The position numbers and the translations under genes were made by a program. Shown here one piece after another: positions 1 to 12,759 of a DNA stretch of 64,000 nt. Under the pieces are notes generated by a model, which searched no databases, had not been told where the DNA came from, and worked only from the letters and a program-made list of their open reading frames with translations. Source of the stretch: Octopus sinensis (lineage: Eukaryota); the NCBI RefSeq assembly GCF_006345805.1, contig NC_043007.1:28892001-28956000 (forward strand). Direction: 5' to 3'. Within the stretch, counting starts at the first letter, position 1. Each line of letters begins with the position of its first letter.

Positions 1-239
1 AATGATTTCAGAACTTCATTATTTTTATTTCCTACAAAGGAAACAAAGCACCAACACCAAATAGTTTTTGTGAGAAAAACATGTGAACTCTCAGAAGTGA
101 TATCATGAAAAATTAATTTCATTCATTGCAGTTTATTTCAACTTCTTTTTATTTCAGCATGACTAAATTGTCATTTTAAAGTGATTGAAGCCAGTAGCAT
201 ATTTTGGTAAAAATCTAAATACTTTTATCTATGATAAAG

Positions 240-575
240 TTCTCAAATCATATTTTTTCTCTTTGTTTACATCCAACTGGAAATTTGGAAACACAGATGA
301 AGAACAAAGATAGTTTTGTCATACAGGTGGATTAAATGGTTCAGTGGAATACCTTCCTGCTTCATGGGACTGCATACCACTAAAGATTTTGTATGGAGAT
401 ACTTAAAAGATAGAATTAATGGTAGAAAACCAGCAGCAGTTTATGGATTAAAGGAAACTGTCAAATATGGCTGCACACAAATACCAAACAGAATGATTCT
501 TGAGGTTTGCAATTCCATTGTTTGGTGTTATTAGCAAAACTTGGACCAGAATGATCATCAGCTCGAAAACAAAAG
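240..575 (+). mobile_element. Tc1/mariner-superfamily transposase C-terminal remnant
   Basis: Translation RWI...DFVWRYLKDRINGRKPAAVYGLKETV...IPNRMILEVCNSI...*QNLDQNDHQLENK resembles the degenerate 'DFxxWGYLKxxVY...CxxxxGxQFE' transposase end; stops present. Confidence 0.6.
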
Positions 576-585
576 CAGCAGCCAC

Positions 586-654
<69 letters not shown>

Positions 655-667
655 CATCATCATCATC
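586..667. repeat. (AAT)n(CAT)n microsatellite at the 3' tail of the adjacent RTE LINE
   Basis: Read directly. Confidence 0.95.
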
Positions 668-2039
668 GTTTAGCGTCTGGTTTCCATGCTAGCATGGGTT
701 GGACAGTTCAACTGGGGTCTGGGAAGCCAGAAGGCTGCACGAGGCCCAGTCTGATCCGGCAATGTTTTTACGGCTGGATGCCCTTCCTAACGCCAACCAC
801 TCCGTGAGTGTAGTGGGTGCTTTTTACGTGCCAGACGAGGCTGGCAAACGGCCACGATCGGATGGTGCTTTTTACATGCTACCGGCATGGAGGCCAGTCG
901 GGGCAGCGCTGGCAACAGCCACTTGGATGCTTCTCTTATGTGCCACCAGCACTGGTATCACAGCTACAATTTCCATTGATGTTGATCGATTTCAATTTTC
1001 ACTTGCCTCAACAGGTCTTCGCAAGTAGAGTTTTGTGTCCCAAGAAGGAAAGGTAGGCATAAGTGGACTGGCTACATCCCAGGTAGAGGCCATGGTTATG
1101 GTCTCACTTGTCCTGCCAGGTCTTCTCACGCACAGCATACTTCCAAAGGTCTCGGTCTCTAGTCATTTCCTCGGTGAGACCTAAAGTTCGAAGGTCGTGC
1201 TTCACCACCTCGTCCCAGGTTTTCCTGGGTCTACCTCTTCCACAGGTTCCCTCAACCACTAGGGTGTGGCACTTTTTCACACAACTGTCTTCATCCATTC
1301 TTACCACATGACCATACCAGCGCAAATGTCTCTCTTGCACACCACAACTGATGCTTCTTAGGTCCAATTTTTCTCTCAAGGTACTTACACTCTGTCGAGT
1401 ATGAACACTGACATTACACATCCATCGGAGCATACTGGCTTCATTTCTTGTGAGCTTATGCATATCCTCAGCAGTCGCGGCCCATGTTTCACTGCCATGT
1501 AGCATGGCTGTTCATACACATGCATCATACAGTCTGCCTTTTACTCTGAGCAAGAGGCCTTTTGTCACCGGCAGAGGTAAGAGCTCTCTGAACTTTGCCC
1601 AGGCTATTCTTAAACTTTCAGCACACCCACCCCCGCTACTGACTTGGTCACCTAGGTAACGGAAGCTATCAACTATTTCTAGTTTTTCTCTCTGGAATGT
1701 GGTGGAAGTTGGTCTCTGCGCATTTTCAGTGTTTATTGCTCCTGAGCATCTGCCACATACAAAAACTATCTTCCTAGTTAGCCTTCCTTTGACAGTGCTG
1801 CACTTCTTATGTGTCCATAGCTTACACTTGGTGCATCTTATAGAGTTTCTACCTACGCCTTTTCTACAGATCGAGCAGGGCCATCTACCTGAAGGCGTTT
1901 GTGATTTGTCTACCTTCCTACTTATTAGGACTTTGGTTTTAGCTAGGTTGACTCTAAGGCCCTTCGATTCTAATCCTTGCTTCCACACCTGAAACTTCTC
2001 CTCCAGTTCAGATAGTGACTCTGCAATTAGAGCAAGGTC
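655..2039 (-). mobile_element. 5'-truncated RTE-clade LINE (RT C-terminus with Cys-rich insert, 3' UTR)
   Basis: ORFs 1512-2099 and 1104-1505: [56 protein letters not shown]; ends in (GAT)n tail. Confidence 0.9.
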
Positions 2040-3203
2040 TATGGAGCAGGGTAATCGCATGGACAGTAGACGAACTAAACAGCTTAGACAAAAAGACAAA
2101 GAAGTTGCTGACTAGATATGGGTCACTCCACCCAAAAAGTGACACAGGCAGACTGTATGTACCAAGAAAAAGAGGGAGAAAAGGAATGATTGGATGCGAA
2201 CACAGCATTAGAGCAGAAGAAAACAAACATAGCATGGTATGTAAAAAATGCCACAGAACCACTATTATTAGAAGTAGGAAGGTCAGACCTGTGTAGGATG
2301 AAAGATTGCAAAGATAAAGCACTGTACAAGCAATTGAAAACAAATGAAACTGAAAATAGGTGGTTAAAGAAAAGAATGCATGGTCAATTTCATAGTGATG
2401 CTGAAGATAAGACAGACAGAGAAAAAAGATGGCTGTGGATGACTAAAACAGAGGCTCTAATCTGTTCTGCCCAAGAGCAAGCACTAAGAACGAATTACAT
2501 CAAATACAGAATTGACAACACATCAGAAAGTGATAAATGCAGAATTTGTGGACAAAATGGTGAAACCGTATGGTATATTACCAGCCAAAGTACGCCACTA
2601 GCCCAGAAGGAATATAAGAGATGCCACGACATTATAGCCAGGCTTGTCCATTGGACACTTTGCAACAAGTATGGACTTGACAGAGCAAAAATTGGTATAA
2701 CCACAAACCTGAAGGTATTGTCAAAAATAGAAATGCAAAGATCCTATGGGATTTTATGATACAGTGCGACCATGAGATTAAGAATAGGAAGCTGGACATA
2801 GGCTTAATTGAGAAAGAAAACAAACTATGCTGGATCATAGATATAGTATGCCCAGCCGACAACAAGGTATGCGATAAGGAGGAAAGAAAAGTGAATAGAT
2901 ATGTTTGGTTAGCTTGGGAGGTTAAGCAGTTGTGGCCGATGAAAAAAGTGGTAGTAGTACCAATAATTGTCGGAGCCCTGGGAACATTGAGTAAAAATCT
3001 TAAGAAGTACATGGAACAAATAGGGGCTGTAATAAGGGTGGAGCACTTGCAGAAAACAGCACTGCTTGGAACGGTTGGAATACTCCAGAAGGTGCTCGAA
3101 AAATAAGAGGTGTACCTTCGTTCACTGGTAATGAACAGCTGACACCGTAGTACATCTCCAGCGTTAGAAACTGTGCAAAGGCAACAACAACAACAACAAC
3201 AAT

Positions 3204-3256
<53 letters not shown>

Positions 3257-3260
3257 TAAT
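2040..3260 (+). mobile_element. 5'-truncated R4/Dong-clade non-LTR retrotransposon (restriction-like endonuclease)
   Basis: HPKSDTGRLYVPRKRG, AQEQALRT, CRIC..ET..RCHD, RKLD..IIDIVCP, VVPIIVGALG across frameshifted ORFs 2015-3106; (AAT)n tail. Confidence 0.9.
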
Positions 3261-4469
3261 TTAATGTCTGTTTTCCATGTTGGCATCATAAGAATAATTA
3301 AGTTCTATCAGTAGATTCTATTGAATTTTGAAAGTGAAGTGTATTTTAATAAACACTGATTTTATAATCATACAATATCTGAATACACAATTTTTGGGGG
3401 ACACTCTGGTATATGTGTGTATACATGTGCACACACACACACATGAACATATACATACATGCATATATACATGCACGTATATAACATACATAGTGGAAGT
3501 GAACTTGTGACTCAGTAAGACCACTTCTTGCACTCGCAAAGTTCATGCCAATGTTCTGAGAGGCCAAGAAGTTCCTGCGTGTGAATTTGTTTCAAGTGGA
3601 CAAAGTGTTGCATGGCACAGAAACCGCTTTCCAGTGCAATCAGCTTTAAAATCCGTGGCATAGCAGGGACCAGGATGACCAGACTGAACCAACTGCACTT
3701 AAGTTTTTCTTCATATGAGTTTACCTTTTTCTAGAAGACAGAAAACTTGCAGTCCTCACTCCTATTGGTTCACATGCTAATTAGACCCCATAACTCAGAC
3801 CCAAACATATACTTCCACTCTGTGTCAGAGTAGATCTGAGAAGAATACTGACTTAGAGATGGTTCCACACTCTTCAAAACCATGGAACTCTCATACCAGA
3901 ATCCCTCTAGTGGATGCAGTTAAATGTCATAGCCAGGGCACACACACACACACATTCATTCACATGCACACACACACACATACACTCGTGCACACACACA
4001 CATACACTCATGCACACACACACACACAAAGCTTGATCTCTTTATATTTGCTATGCCATGCTCACAAGGGCTGGACTTATTAGTGAAGCGTTATTTTTGC
4101 AGCTAGGTACCATTTTTGTCACTAACCCTGTTTTTCAATAAGGAATCCTTTTATTCCATTTGTCCCCAAAAGTGCAAAGCTAGAGAATGACTTTGTTGAT
4201 AGGGAGAATTAACAAATGCTGTTTCTCTAAACACTGTGTTTTTTGGATGATTTGAGAAATGACAGAAATATTTTGGGCAGAAGGGGGATGGGAGAGCCAG
4301 AATTTGACATTTATTCCTAAATAGCAGGAACAGAACTTATAAACAATTTTGTGAAATCCCATTTTGCATAACCATTTTTTTAAAACACAAAATTTATTTT
4401 TTAAAATTAATTTCAAGATAAATTATGCGATGGAAATTTTTAAAAAGCCCCCCAAAAAGCAGTGCTTTT

Positions 4470-4506
<37 letters not shown>

Positions 4507-4602
4507 GATAGATAGTTCTAAGTTATAGAAAATTAAAGATAAAGACAGGTGTAGGAACAACAAGCAAGTGTATTAGTTTGATGCTTGGGAAAAATGGAAA
4601 AG

Positions 4603-4642
4603 TGTTTTATGTTTCGAGCCTATGCTCTTCAACAGAAAGGAA
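4603..4642 (-). ncRNA. Degenerate minimal hammerhead-like motif
   Basis: Minus strand cuuu-CUGUUGA-A-GAGC(AUAG)GCUC-GAAAC-AUA-aaa; A6 substituted, so probably inactive. Confidence 0.4.
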
Positions 4643-4859
4643 TAAGAGAAAATAAACAGAGAATGAAAAAAACATGTTGAGTTCAGTGGTCCAACGGTGA
4701 ATGATTAGAAAAAAGAGGTTGAATAAAAAGGAGATAATTAATAAAGAGAGGTTGAATGAAGGGGAGATAATTCATGGTGATCCCAACAAGAGGAGATGTG
4801 TGAGCGTGTATGTGGGAATGGTGTGTGTGGGTGTATAAATGTGTATGTGTGAATGGAAA

Positions 4860-5222
4860 GGTGCTATTCTCCAGTAAGACAATGCATGGCCACACTCTTC
4901 AAAACAAACCAAGAAAAAACAAGATCATTAGGGATCCATTCTCCAAACTCACCTGACTTTCCATCTGTTCCAATCACGAGAACATTTTAGAAGAGGCAAG
5001 CATTCAGAAACAGAGTGGAAGCTGAAAACAGTCTTTCAGATTTTTTCTCAGGAAAAGACATAGGTTTCTTTAAATGTGACAAGAAAAGTTACTTATCCGG
5101 TTGGGCTACATTGAAAACGATGGGGATTACATTCTTGATTAAAACTATTCGGATAAATGTGGCTTACATTTGTTTCTACATGCTTTCTGGTAAAACGCAA
5201 TGACTTTCTGAACACCCGAATA
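4860..5222 (+). mobile_element. mariner 3' remnant
   Basis: Degenerate LQ*DNAWPH and SPDL-like region, ending in a TIR-like aaaacgcaatgactttctgaacacccgaata. Confidence 0.55.
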
Positions 5223-5244
5223 CACACACACATGCACAAATACA

Positions 5245-5640
5245 TCTCTCTTATTCTTTTACTTGTTTCAGTCATTTGACTGCGGTCATGCTGGAGCACC
5301 GCTAATAGTCGAGTAAATCGACCTCAGGACTTATTCTTTGTAAGCCTAGTACTTATTCTATTGGTCTCTTTTGCTGAACTGCTAAGTTACAGGGACGTAA
5401 ACATGCCAGCATCTGTTGTCAAGCAATGTTGGGGGGACAAACACAGACACACAAACACACACACATATACATATAGACAACGGGCTTCTTTCAGTTTCCG
5501 TCTATCAAATCAAACCACAAGGCTTTGGTCGGCCCAAGGCTATAGTAGAAGACACTTGCTCAAGGTGCCACGCAGTGGGACTGAACCCGGAACCATGCGG
5601 TTGGTAAGCAAGCTACTTACCATGCAGCCACTCCTGTGTT
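5245..5640 (-). mobile_element. SINE (composite; tRNA-like head near 5640)
   Basis: Same sequences recur at ~18995-19142, ~39000-39150, ~55040-55185 and 63915-64000; A/B-box-like head on minus (tggctgcatggtaag ... ggttcagtccc). Confidence 0.75.
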
Positions 5641-7369
5641 TACACAGCCACTCCTGCACCTATATGTATGTAGAAAACAAAAATTTGACATGGAAAAGTC
5701 AAATGTTATGTAATAAACATCATTGGCTTACTGCTGTTTCTGCTTTAAGATGCGGTAGACTTTGAGTTGAGTTCTAGGATAACATCTTATAGCTCCATCA
5801 GAACCTTGAACATGAAATGTACTTTATTTAGGAAAATTACATTTTCAGAACACACAGGCTTTATGAGGCTATGGAAAGGTCTATCCCAAGGAAGAAAAAA
5901 GTTATTACCACTCTTTACTCATATAACATTGTTTTGGACCATACATGTATTGAGTTCTACACCAGGCTATTAGTCTTGCTCTGCCCAAATGAAATGTTAA
6001 AATATTTATGTGTATATATTCTTTGTCCTGTTTGTTTAGAGAAATTACTTTTAAGCCATCAGTAAAAATATGGCTGTCCTTGAAGTCCACATCATAACCA
6101 AAATGTTGTTTCCTAAAGCTGAGATGAAATAAAATTTCTGTATTGGGACAACAATATTATTTACAATTAAAATAAAAGTTTAGAATCTCTTTCCATTTTA
6201 AATAATTAATAACAGAAGCAAAACTGAAACTTAGAAAAGAAAAGTGTTCAAGAGGAAAGGGAAAATATATTTAAGACTATCATTGGAATTGCAAATGATA
6301 GACAGGTTTACTAGACAAGATGCATACATACATATACATACATACATGCATGCATTACATACATATAGAAATACATATATACATATACATACATATAAGA
6401 AAACCTACATTCATATATGCATGCATACTCATATATACATTAAACATTAATGCATATGCATAATGCATTACATACATACACACCAGGCACATGCTGTCAG
6501 TAATTATTCGGGATAGGCAGTTGGTGACCTTTATGTAATAAAACACACGTAAAATAAGCGAAACACAGGTGTGTGCGACTGAGTTGAAGGCAGATTTACT
6601 TCTGCCTTTATAGCACATAAAGAAAATGGTGTTGTAGGAGTGTGCACAGCATGCGTACTACAGCCGTAATATGCATAGCTTAAAGACTGAGATTGAAAAT
6701 CAGGGGCGAATTATGCCTCCCTAAGCTATAAAAAATAAGTAAAATATTTTGCATTTTATGTATAGTAATCAGTACTTTTATTGAATTAGATGCATATTTT
6801 GCCATAAAAGGAAAATGTTGCTATCAATCTATTTTATTCAAGGTAGGCACTGCCTAACTTGCCTACCAAGGCAGCACATTCCAGATACACACATTCATAC
6901 AGCGATACATAAAGAAAATACAGGCATCAGAAGTTTCAGCCTACAACAAGAATATTATTATTGATTCTTCTTCAGTGTTTGTTCTGATCCTTCCATTGGG
7001 CCTTCTCTATTGCTCACTGTATGAACTTCACGAGATGATTATAAAAACTGGAAATCTGCATATTGTTACTGAATATTTCAACATCATTTATGATGCAGAG
7101 AGATATCACACAAGGAGGATCATTTATGGCTTTAAATTTGTATTAAGATTGTATGAAACCTGTACTGTAATATTGAATCAACATCTCCAGCAGAGAAAAA
7201 AAAAAAGCTGTTTGTGAGCAAGAGAATAATGGATGAGAAAAGACATTAAGGAGAGAGACACGAAATAAACAATGTTCCTTGCATTCCAAAGAACACTGGA
7301 AAATCCAGTTTAATGTTGCAAAATAAGAAAAAAATAGACCTGTTCAGTTTGAAGTTGAACGTGGATATT

Positions 7370-7970
7370 TGAAATGATGAGTTTACATCACAGAGGGAAT
7401 GAAGTACACTAAAACCATGGAATGGAGTACCAGAGCAAGTACAGCCTGTCAGAAATCCTCAGCTGATGGTAAGTGTAGGTTATATAAAACCAGGATGAAG
7501 ACATTAGTGACCTGCTTCAAATGCTTGCAACAGAATGGATTCCACTAAAAGTAGTAATGGGGCAATGTATTAATGAGAAATTAAGCTTGTGACACTGATT
7601 AGCAGGGTGGTTCCCTCTGATAAGGCTGACACACAAGAATTACTATCAAGAATTCCAGTCACCAATGTCGTGTCTGCATTCTTTGATCTCATGAGCATGA
7701 ATGTCATCAGTCTCAAAATTCTGGGACATTGTCCATCCAAATTTGGTCAGACTTAGAATATGATAATTCCATTTACTTTCAAGTTTACTGTTTGAGAGAG
7801 AAATAAGAAGTTATTTAAGTGTAAAAACTCACCAGTGTTTGGTTTCTTTGGACCAGAAATAAGGAACAGATCCCTCTTGATATACGGCCATCACTTTTGT
7901 TTTTGAGAACCAGTGGATGCAAGGAACTTCATACATAAATTCTTAAGATCATCACTGATAACCTGCAATA
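7370..7970 (-). mobile_element. Highly degenerate LINE 3' remnant (L2/Rex-like)
   Basis: Weak RT C-terminal-like peptide fragments on minus, including FIPSV near the end. Confidence 0.3.
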
Positions 7971-8149
7971 CAAAGAATAAGGTTTCTTTAATTGAAAATC
8001 TCTGCACTTAGCCCTGACAGTATTGGTCACATGCTATGTCTCTATTTGGAAACAATTCTACACTGTTGTAACAGCACTAATTAATAATGGTAAGGTTACA
8101 GTATTCAACACATACTCTACTCCTAAAGGTGTACACTACTGTACACGTA

Positions 8150-8485
8150 CAACAACAACAACAACAACATCATCATCATCGTTTAACAACCGTTTTGCAT
8201 GCTAGCATGGGTTGGACGGTTTGACCAGGGTCTGGGAAGCCAGGAGGTTGCACCAGGCTCCAGCCTGATCTGGCAGTGTTTCTACAGCTGGATGCCGTTC
8301 CTAACGCCAACCACTCCATGAGTGTAGTGGGTGCTTTTTACATGCCACTGGCACAGGGGCCAGGGGAGGCTGGCAACGGCTACAATTGGTTGGTTCTTTT
8401 TACATGCCACCGGAATGGAAGCCAGTCAAGGCGGCGCTGGCATCAGCCACACTCGGATGGTGCTTTTTACATGCCACCAGCACGG
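8150..8485 (-). mobile_element. RTE LINE 3' UTR fragment
   Basis: Matches 655-960 (gcatgggttggacggtt..ggatgcc.ttcctaacgccaaccactcc). Confidence 0.8.
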
Positions 8486-9664
8486 GTGAGGTTACATAAG
8501 GTTAGTGATATACTACACCTCCACCAGTGCACAATATTGTACAGATGAAACCACAGTAACTAATGACATGAGATTATTGCTTTTTTAAAAATTATTTTGT
8601 ACTTCATTAGCTAAATTAGAAGAGGAAGGGCAGAGCTTGCAAGCTTCTTCAGGTCCTCAAATGCTAATGGTTGGAAGGGCAGCCATACAATCAGGCTAAA
8701 CCTAGAATTGTGATGTAACCCTACAGCTATGTTTGAACCCAACTCACATCTGATACATCAAGCCTACCATTAATATTAATATTACAGATTTGATCTATCT
8801 TTTATTCAGACACAGTATATCTAGGACTACATTATTCAATGTGTTCTTTTATAAGATTTAGAGTGTGAAAAAGATTTAGCTGCAACTACTAGTTTGCTAC
8901 TGCTGAAGGTGTTGCAGTTGGATGCTGGTCACAACTGCATCCTAAAGTGACCTCCATGACTGAAAAATGTATATTCTTGGAGTAAATAATTACAAAAATA
9001 ATAAAAGACAAAGAGAATGCAAAACATTACTGCTCTCCTTTCTTTTCTAAAATTTCCAAGAAAATATCAAATAGTCAAGATAAAATATTATTTTCCCATT
9101 AGTTCCATCTGTAAAATATTTACTGATAATAGTTTGTTGTTGGTTTTGTTGTTGAGTGTGAAACTAGCAAACAATCTTCGTCATATCCTTGGTCACTCAT
9201 AACAACATTTATAAAGAGGTGAAATAGAAACAGTTAAAAGAAAACCACTTTCTCCATTAACTAAGTGTGGGAAATTAGTCACTACACATTAGAACAGCAG
9301 AGATCAAGTATTTGATAAGTGTTTACTCAATGTTTGAAGAACACCAAAAAGACCTGAGTTCCTGTATGTTGAAGGAAGTGCTTTAGGAGAACGGAAATAA
9401 TTAAAACAGAAGAAAACGAGGTGGTTTTTTCTCACCCCCACCCTATAAAAAGCGAAAATTTCAACAGGTTATTGATTTGATCTTTAGATAAATTTTAAAA
9501 ACTTATAAAGAAACAAAACTGAAAGCTAAAAATATGTACTAACAAGTTAATTTTTTTATGACAGTTTTGTAATGTTTTTCATGTGGTGCCCTTGAGGTGA
9601 ACAAATGAAAAGCATTCTAAATAAATTTTGTTTTGAATAAATAAACAGTAAGAAAACCTTTTAT

Positions 9665-10073
9665 TATTATTATTTGGTAGTCTTATTTTTATCATGTGCT
9701 TTCACTGCACTATTGAGCACATTTGTGTGTGCCTTGGGTATGTTCTGTGGTTTGTTGTGGTGCTCTTATTTTCAATGTAGTGAAAGTGTTTTATGTAGGA
9801 TGTGTGCAGTGCCTAGTTGTGCTATTTTCTGCATGTTATATATACTTGTAAGTCCTGGTGTCTTGGTTACATATTTGTCTGAATATTTTTCTTATTATAC
9901 TTAATGCACCTACTATGATAGGAATTGTTTCTGTTTTTAGGCTCCACATTCGAGTTACCTCTATTTCCAGGTCTTTGTATTTTGAAAATTTCTCTGTTTC
10001 TTTTAGAGAAACATTGTCATCTATTGCTATTGATACATTGATTAGAAGGCATCTTTTTTCCTGGTGATCTCTG

Positions 10074-10075
<2 letters not shown>
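9665..10075 (-). mobile_element. R4/Dong 3' fragment
   Basis: Minus strand reads KRCLLINVSIA..KYKDLEIEVTRMWSLKTETIPIIVGAL; (TAA)n tail. Confidence 0.8.
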
Positions 10076-10104
<29 letters not shown>

Positions 10105-10289
10105 TTATTATTATTATTATTTACTTTTAATCTGCATATTTGCTACAATCACTTGCTGAGACACCCTAGCATCCTAGGGCAAGTGAAGGATAAGAGATGT
10201 TACAGCATGACTGAAAGCCTGTGGAGGGCAAGTGGCAGGAACAGTAGCCAAATATTTTCATGTAATACAACACAGACATTCAAGTGGAT

Positions 10290-10830
10290 AGGGTTTTTCT
10301 AAGGATGTGGGCAATACTTGCTAACACAATCTTTTGGATTTCTCTGAGATATGGCTCTCTTGGGATCTTATCTAGATGTTTCTGACATCCCTTTTTTCAT
10401 CATACCTATGGTACCCACAATAACAGGAACAGTTCTTGCTTTAAGATGCCACATCTTTTGTATTTCAATTTCCAGGTCCTTATATTTACTTAATTTGTCA
10501 AATTCCTTTACATATTTTTATCAGTGGAACACTTACATCTATTAGCGTATAAATATTTTCTTCCCTATCTTTAATAATTATGTCTAGTCGATTAACCTGG
10601 ATCATTCTGTCGGTGTTAACTGGAAAATCCCAGAGGATAGTGACATTTCTACCTTCAATGATTGGCCCAGGATGATGTTCATACCAGTAAGCAGGAGTGC
10701 TGATTATGTAGTGTTTACATATTTTCCAATGTAAATACTATCATACGCTATCATGGCGATTTTTGTATTCATTTTTATATTCATTGGTCTATTGTTTCAT
10801 CAAATGTGTCACAGTATCTGCATCTAGGAA
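10290..10830 (-). mobile_element. R4/Dong 3' fragment
   Basis: Minus strand reads EYKNRHD..TILWDFPV..KYKDLEIEIQKMWHLKARTVPVIVG. Confidence 0.75.
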
Positions 10831-11170
10831 GGCAGGGGGAGCTGGCAGAAACATTAGCAGGGCCGAATGAAATGCTTAGCAGTATTTCATCTGTCTTTAT
10901 GCTCTGAGTTCAAATTCTGCCAAGGTTGACTTTGCCTTTCGGGGTTGATAAAATATGTACCAGTTGTGTACTGGAGTTGATTTAACCAACTGGCTCCATC
11001 CCCAAAAATGTCAGTTAATGGTAGGAGGTAAGGGGTATAGATTTGTATAAAACTAGGGACCAATATATGTTGTCCACTCATCTTCATATCATGTGCATGC
11101 ACACACATGCATCTGCGTGTGTGCACACAGATATATTAATGTTTGTTTTTATGTTGAGTTATAATAAAAA

Positions 11171-11560
11171 GTGGAGGCGCAATGGCCCAGTGGTTAGGGC
11201 AGCGGACTTGCGGTCATAAGATCGCGGTTTCGATACCCAGACTGGGCGTTGTGAGTGTTTATTGAGCGAAAACACCTAAAAGCTCCACGAGGCTCCGGCA
11301 GGGGATGGTGGTGATCCCTGCTGTACTCTTTCACCACAACTTTCTCTCACTCTTACTTCCTGTTTCTGTTGTACCTGTATTTCAAGGGGCCGGCCTTGTC
11401 ACTCTCTGTGTCACGCTGAATATCCCCGAGAACTACGTTAAGGGTGCACATGTCTGTGGAGTGCTCAGCCACTTACACGTTAATTTCACGAGCAGGCTGT
11501 TCCGTTGATTCAGATCAACCGGAACCCTCATCGTCATAACCGATGGAGTGCTAGAGAGAG
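11171..11560 (+). mobile_element. tRNA-derived SINE with target-site duplication
   Basis: A-box TGGCCCAGTGG, B-box GGTTTCGATACC; identical ataataaaaa at 11161-11170 and 11561-11570. Confidence 0.85.
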
Positions 11561-12394
11561 ATAATAAAAACAATTTCATATCAAACTGAAGAATTACTCA
11601 ATACTTTCCGGTAGTGAACATATTTATTATACTTTTCCAAGAAGCAGGGTGACAATGACTTTGAAGCTTTGATCTGTTAGCCTTGCTGAACTAATTTTTA
11701 CCAACTATTTGTCTGTACCAGGGGTATTTGAGGGTTATGAGTTTTGAAAATACACTGTGCTCTAGTTTATAGATTTCCTTCTGAGAACTACTTGCAGCTG
11801 CTTAAGTTGGGGTTTAACATATTTGATTGAGAATTACTTCTGTATTAATGCACAACAGCCAATGGTTTGTCCCTTCTTACCTTAAGAAATAATTAATAGT
11901 CAAGATAATAACAACAAAAAATGTATGTTTTTGATAAGAATTTATCAGGTGTGGAAACTGAAGAGTATTACAGGATAAACACTAATTACCGTTATCAGGA
12001 AATAGAAATATCAAATAGCAACATTAAGAGATTTTAAGGAAGTTTTTGGAATTTCACAAGTTGAAACTTGCCTTAACAGAGGAAACATCATATTTCCAAG
12101 AAAGTCCATTAGTCATGGAAGCACAGAGATGAAATTATTAGAATGCCATAAAGTATCAGGTGGGAATGGAGTATTGTTCAGCAGTTGGATAAAAAGGAAA
12201 AAAAAAAACGTAAATAAAACAAAAATGTAAATTAAACATACACACACACACATTACTACACATACATGTACAACTACACACACACACATATGCATACACA
12301 TGCACACACAGATGCACAAATACACACACATGTGTGTGTGTGATAGATAAATATACTAATATATGTATGCATGTGAAAATGTGCCAATGTCCAT

Positions 12395-12431
<37 letters not shown>

Positions 12432-12759
12432 CATTTATTCAACTTAAAATATTGAGTTACATTCAGCTGTGGATTTATAAAAGTGAGATGTGAGGTATAT
12501 AAATGTATATATACATCCCATCTCACTTTACACTAATATATGAAAAATATATTAAAAAATGTTATGTAAATATATAGGAAAACACACACACACACACACG
12601 CGTGCATGTGTGTGTGTGTGCATGTGTGTATGTATGTGTTTGTATGTATGTATGCATTTCTATAACTACATCCACCTGATGCCTCAAACATGATGGTGAA
12701 TTTAAGGAGAGCCTTAGGATACAAAAAGTACTGCTAACAAAACTAGATCAGCCCAATGT

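Noticed and set aside
11173-11245. tRNA gene
   Set aside because: It is the tRNA-derived head of a SINE with body and TSD
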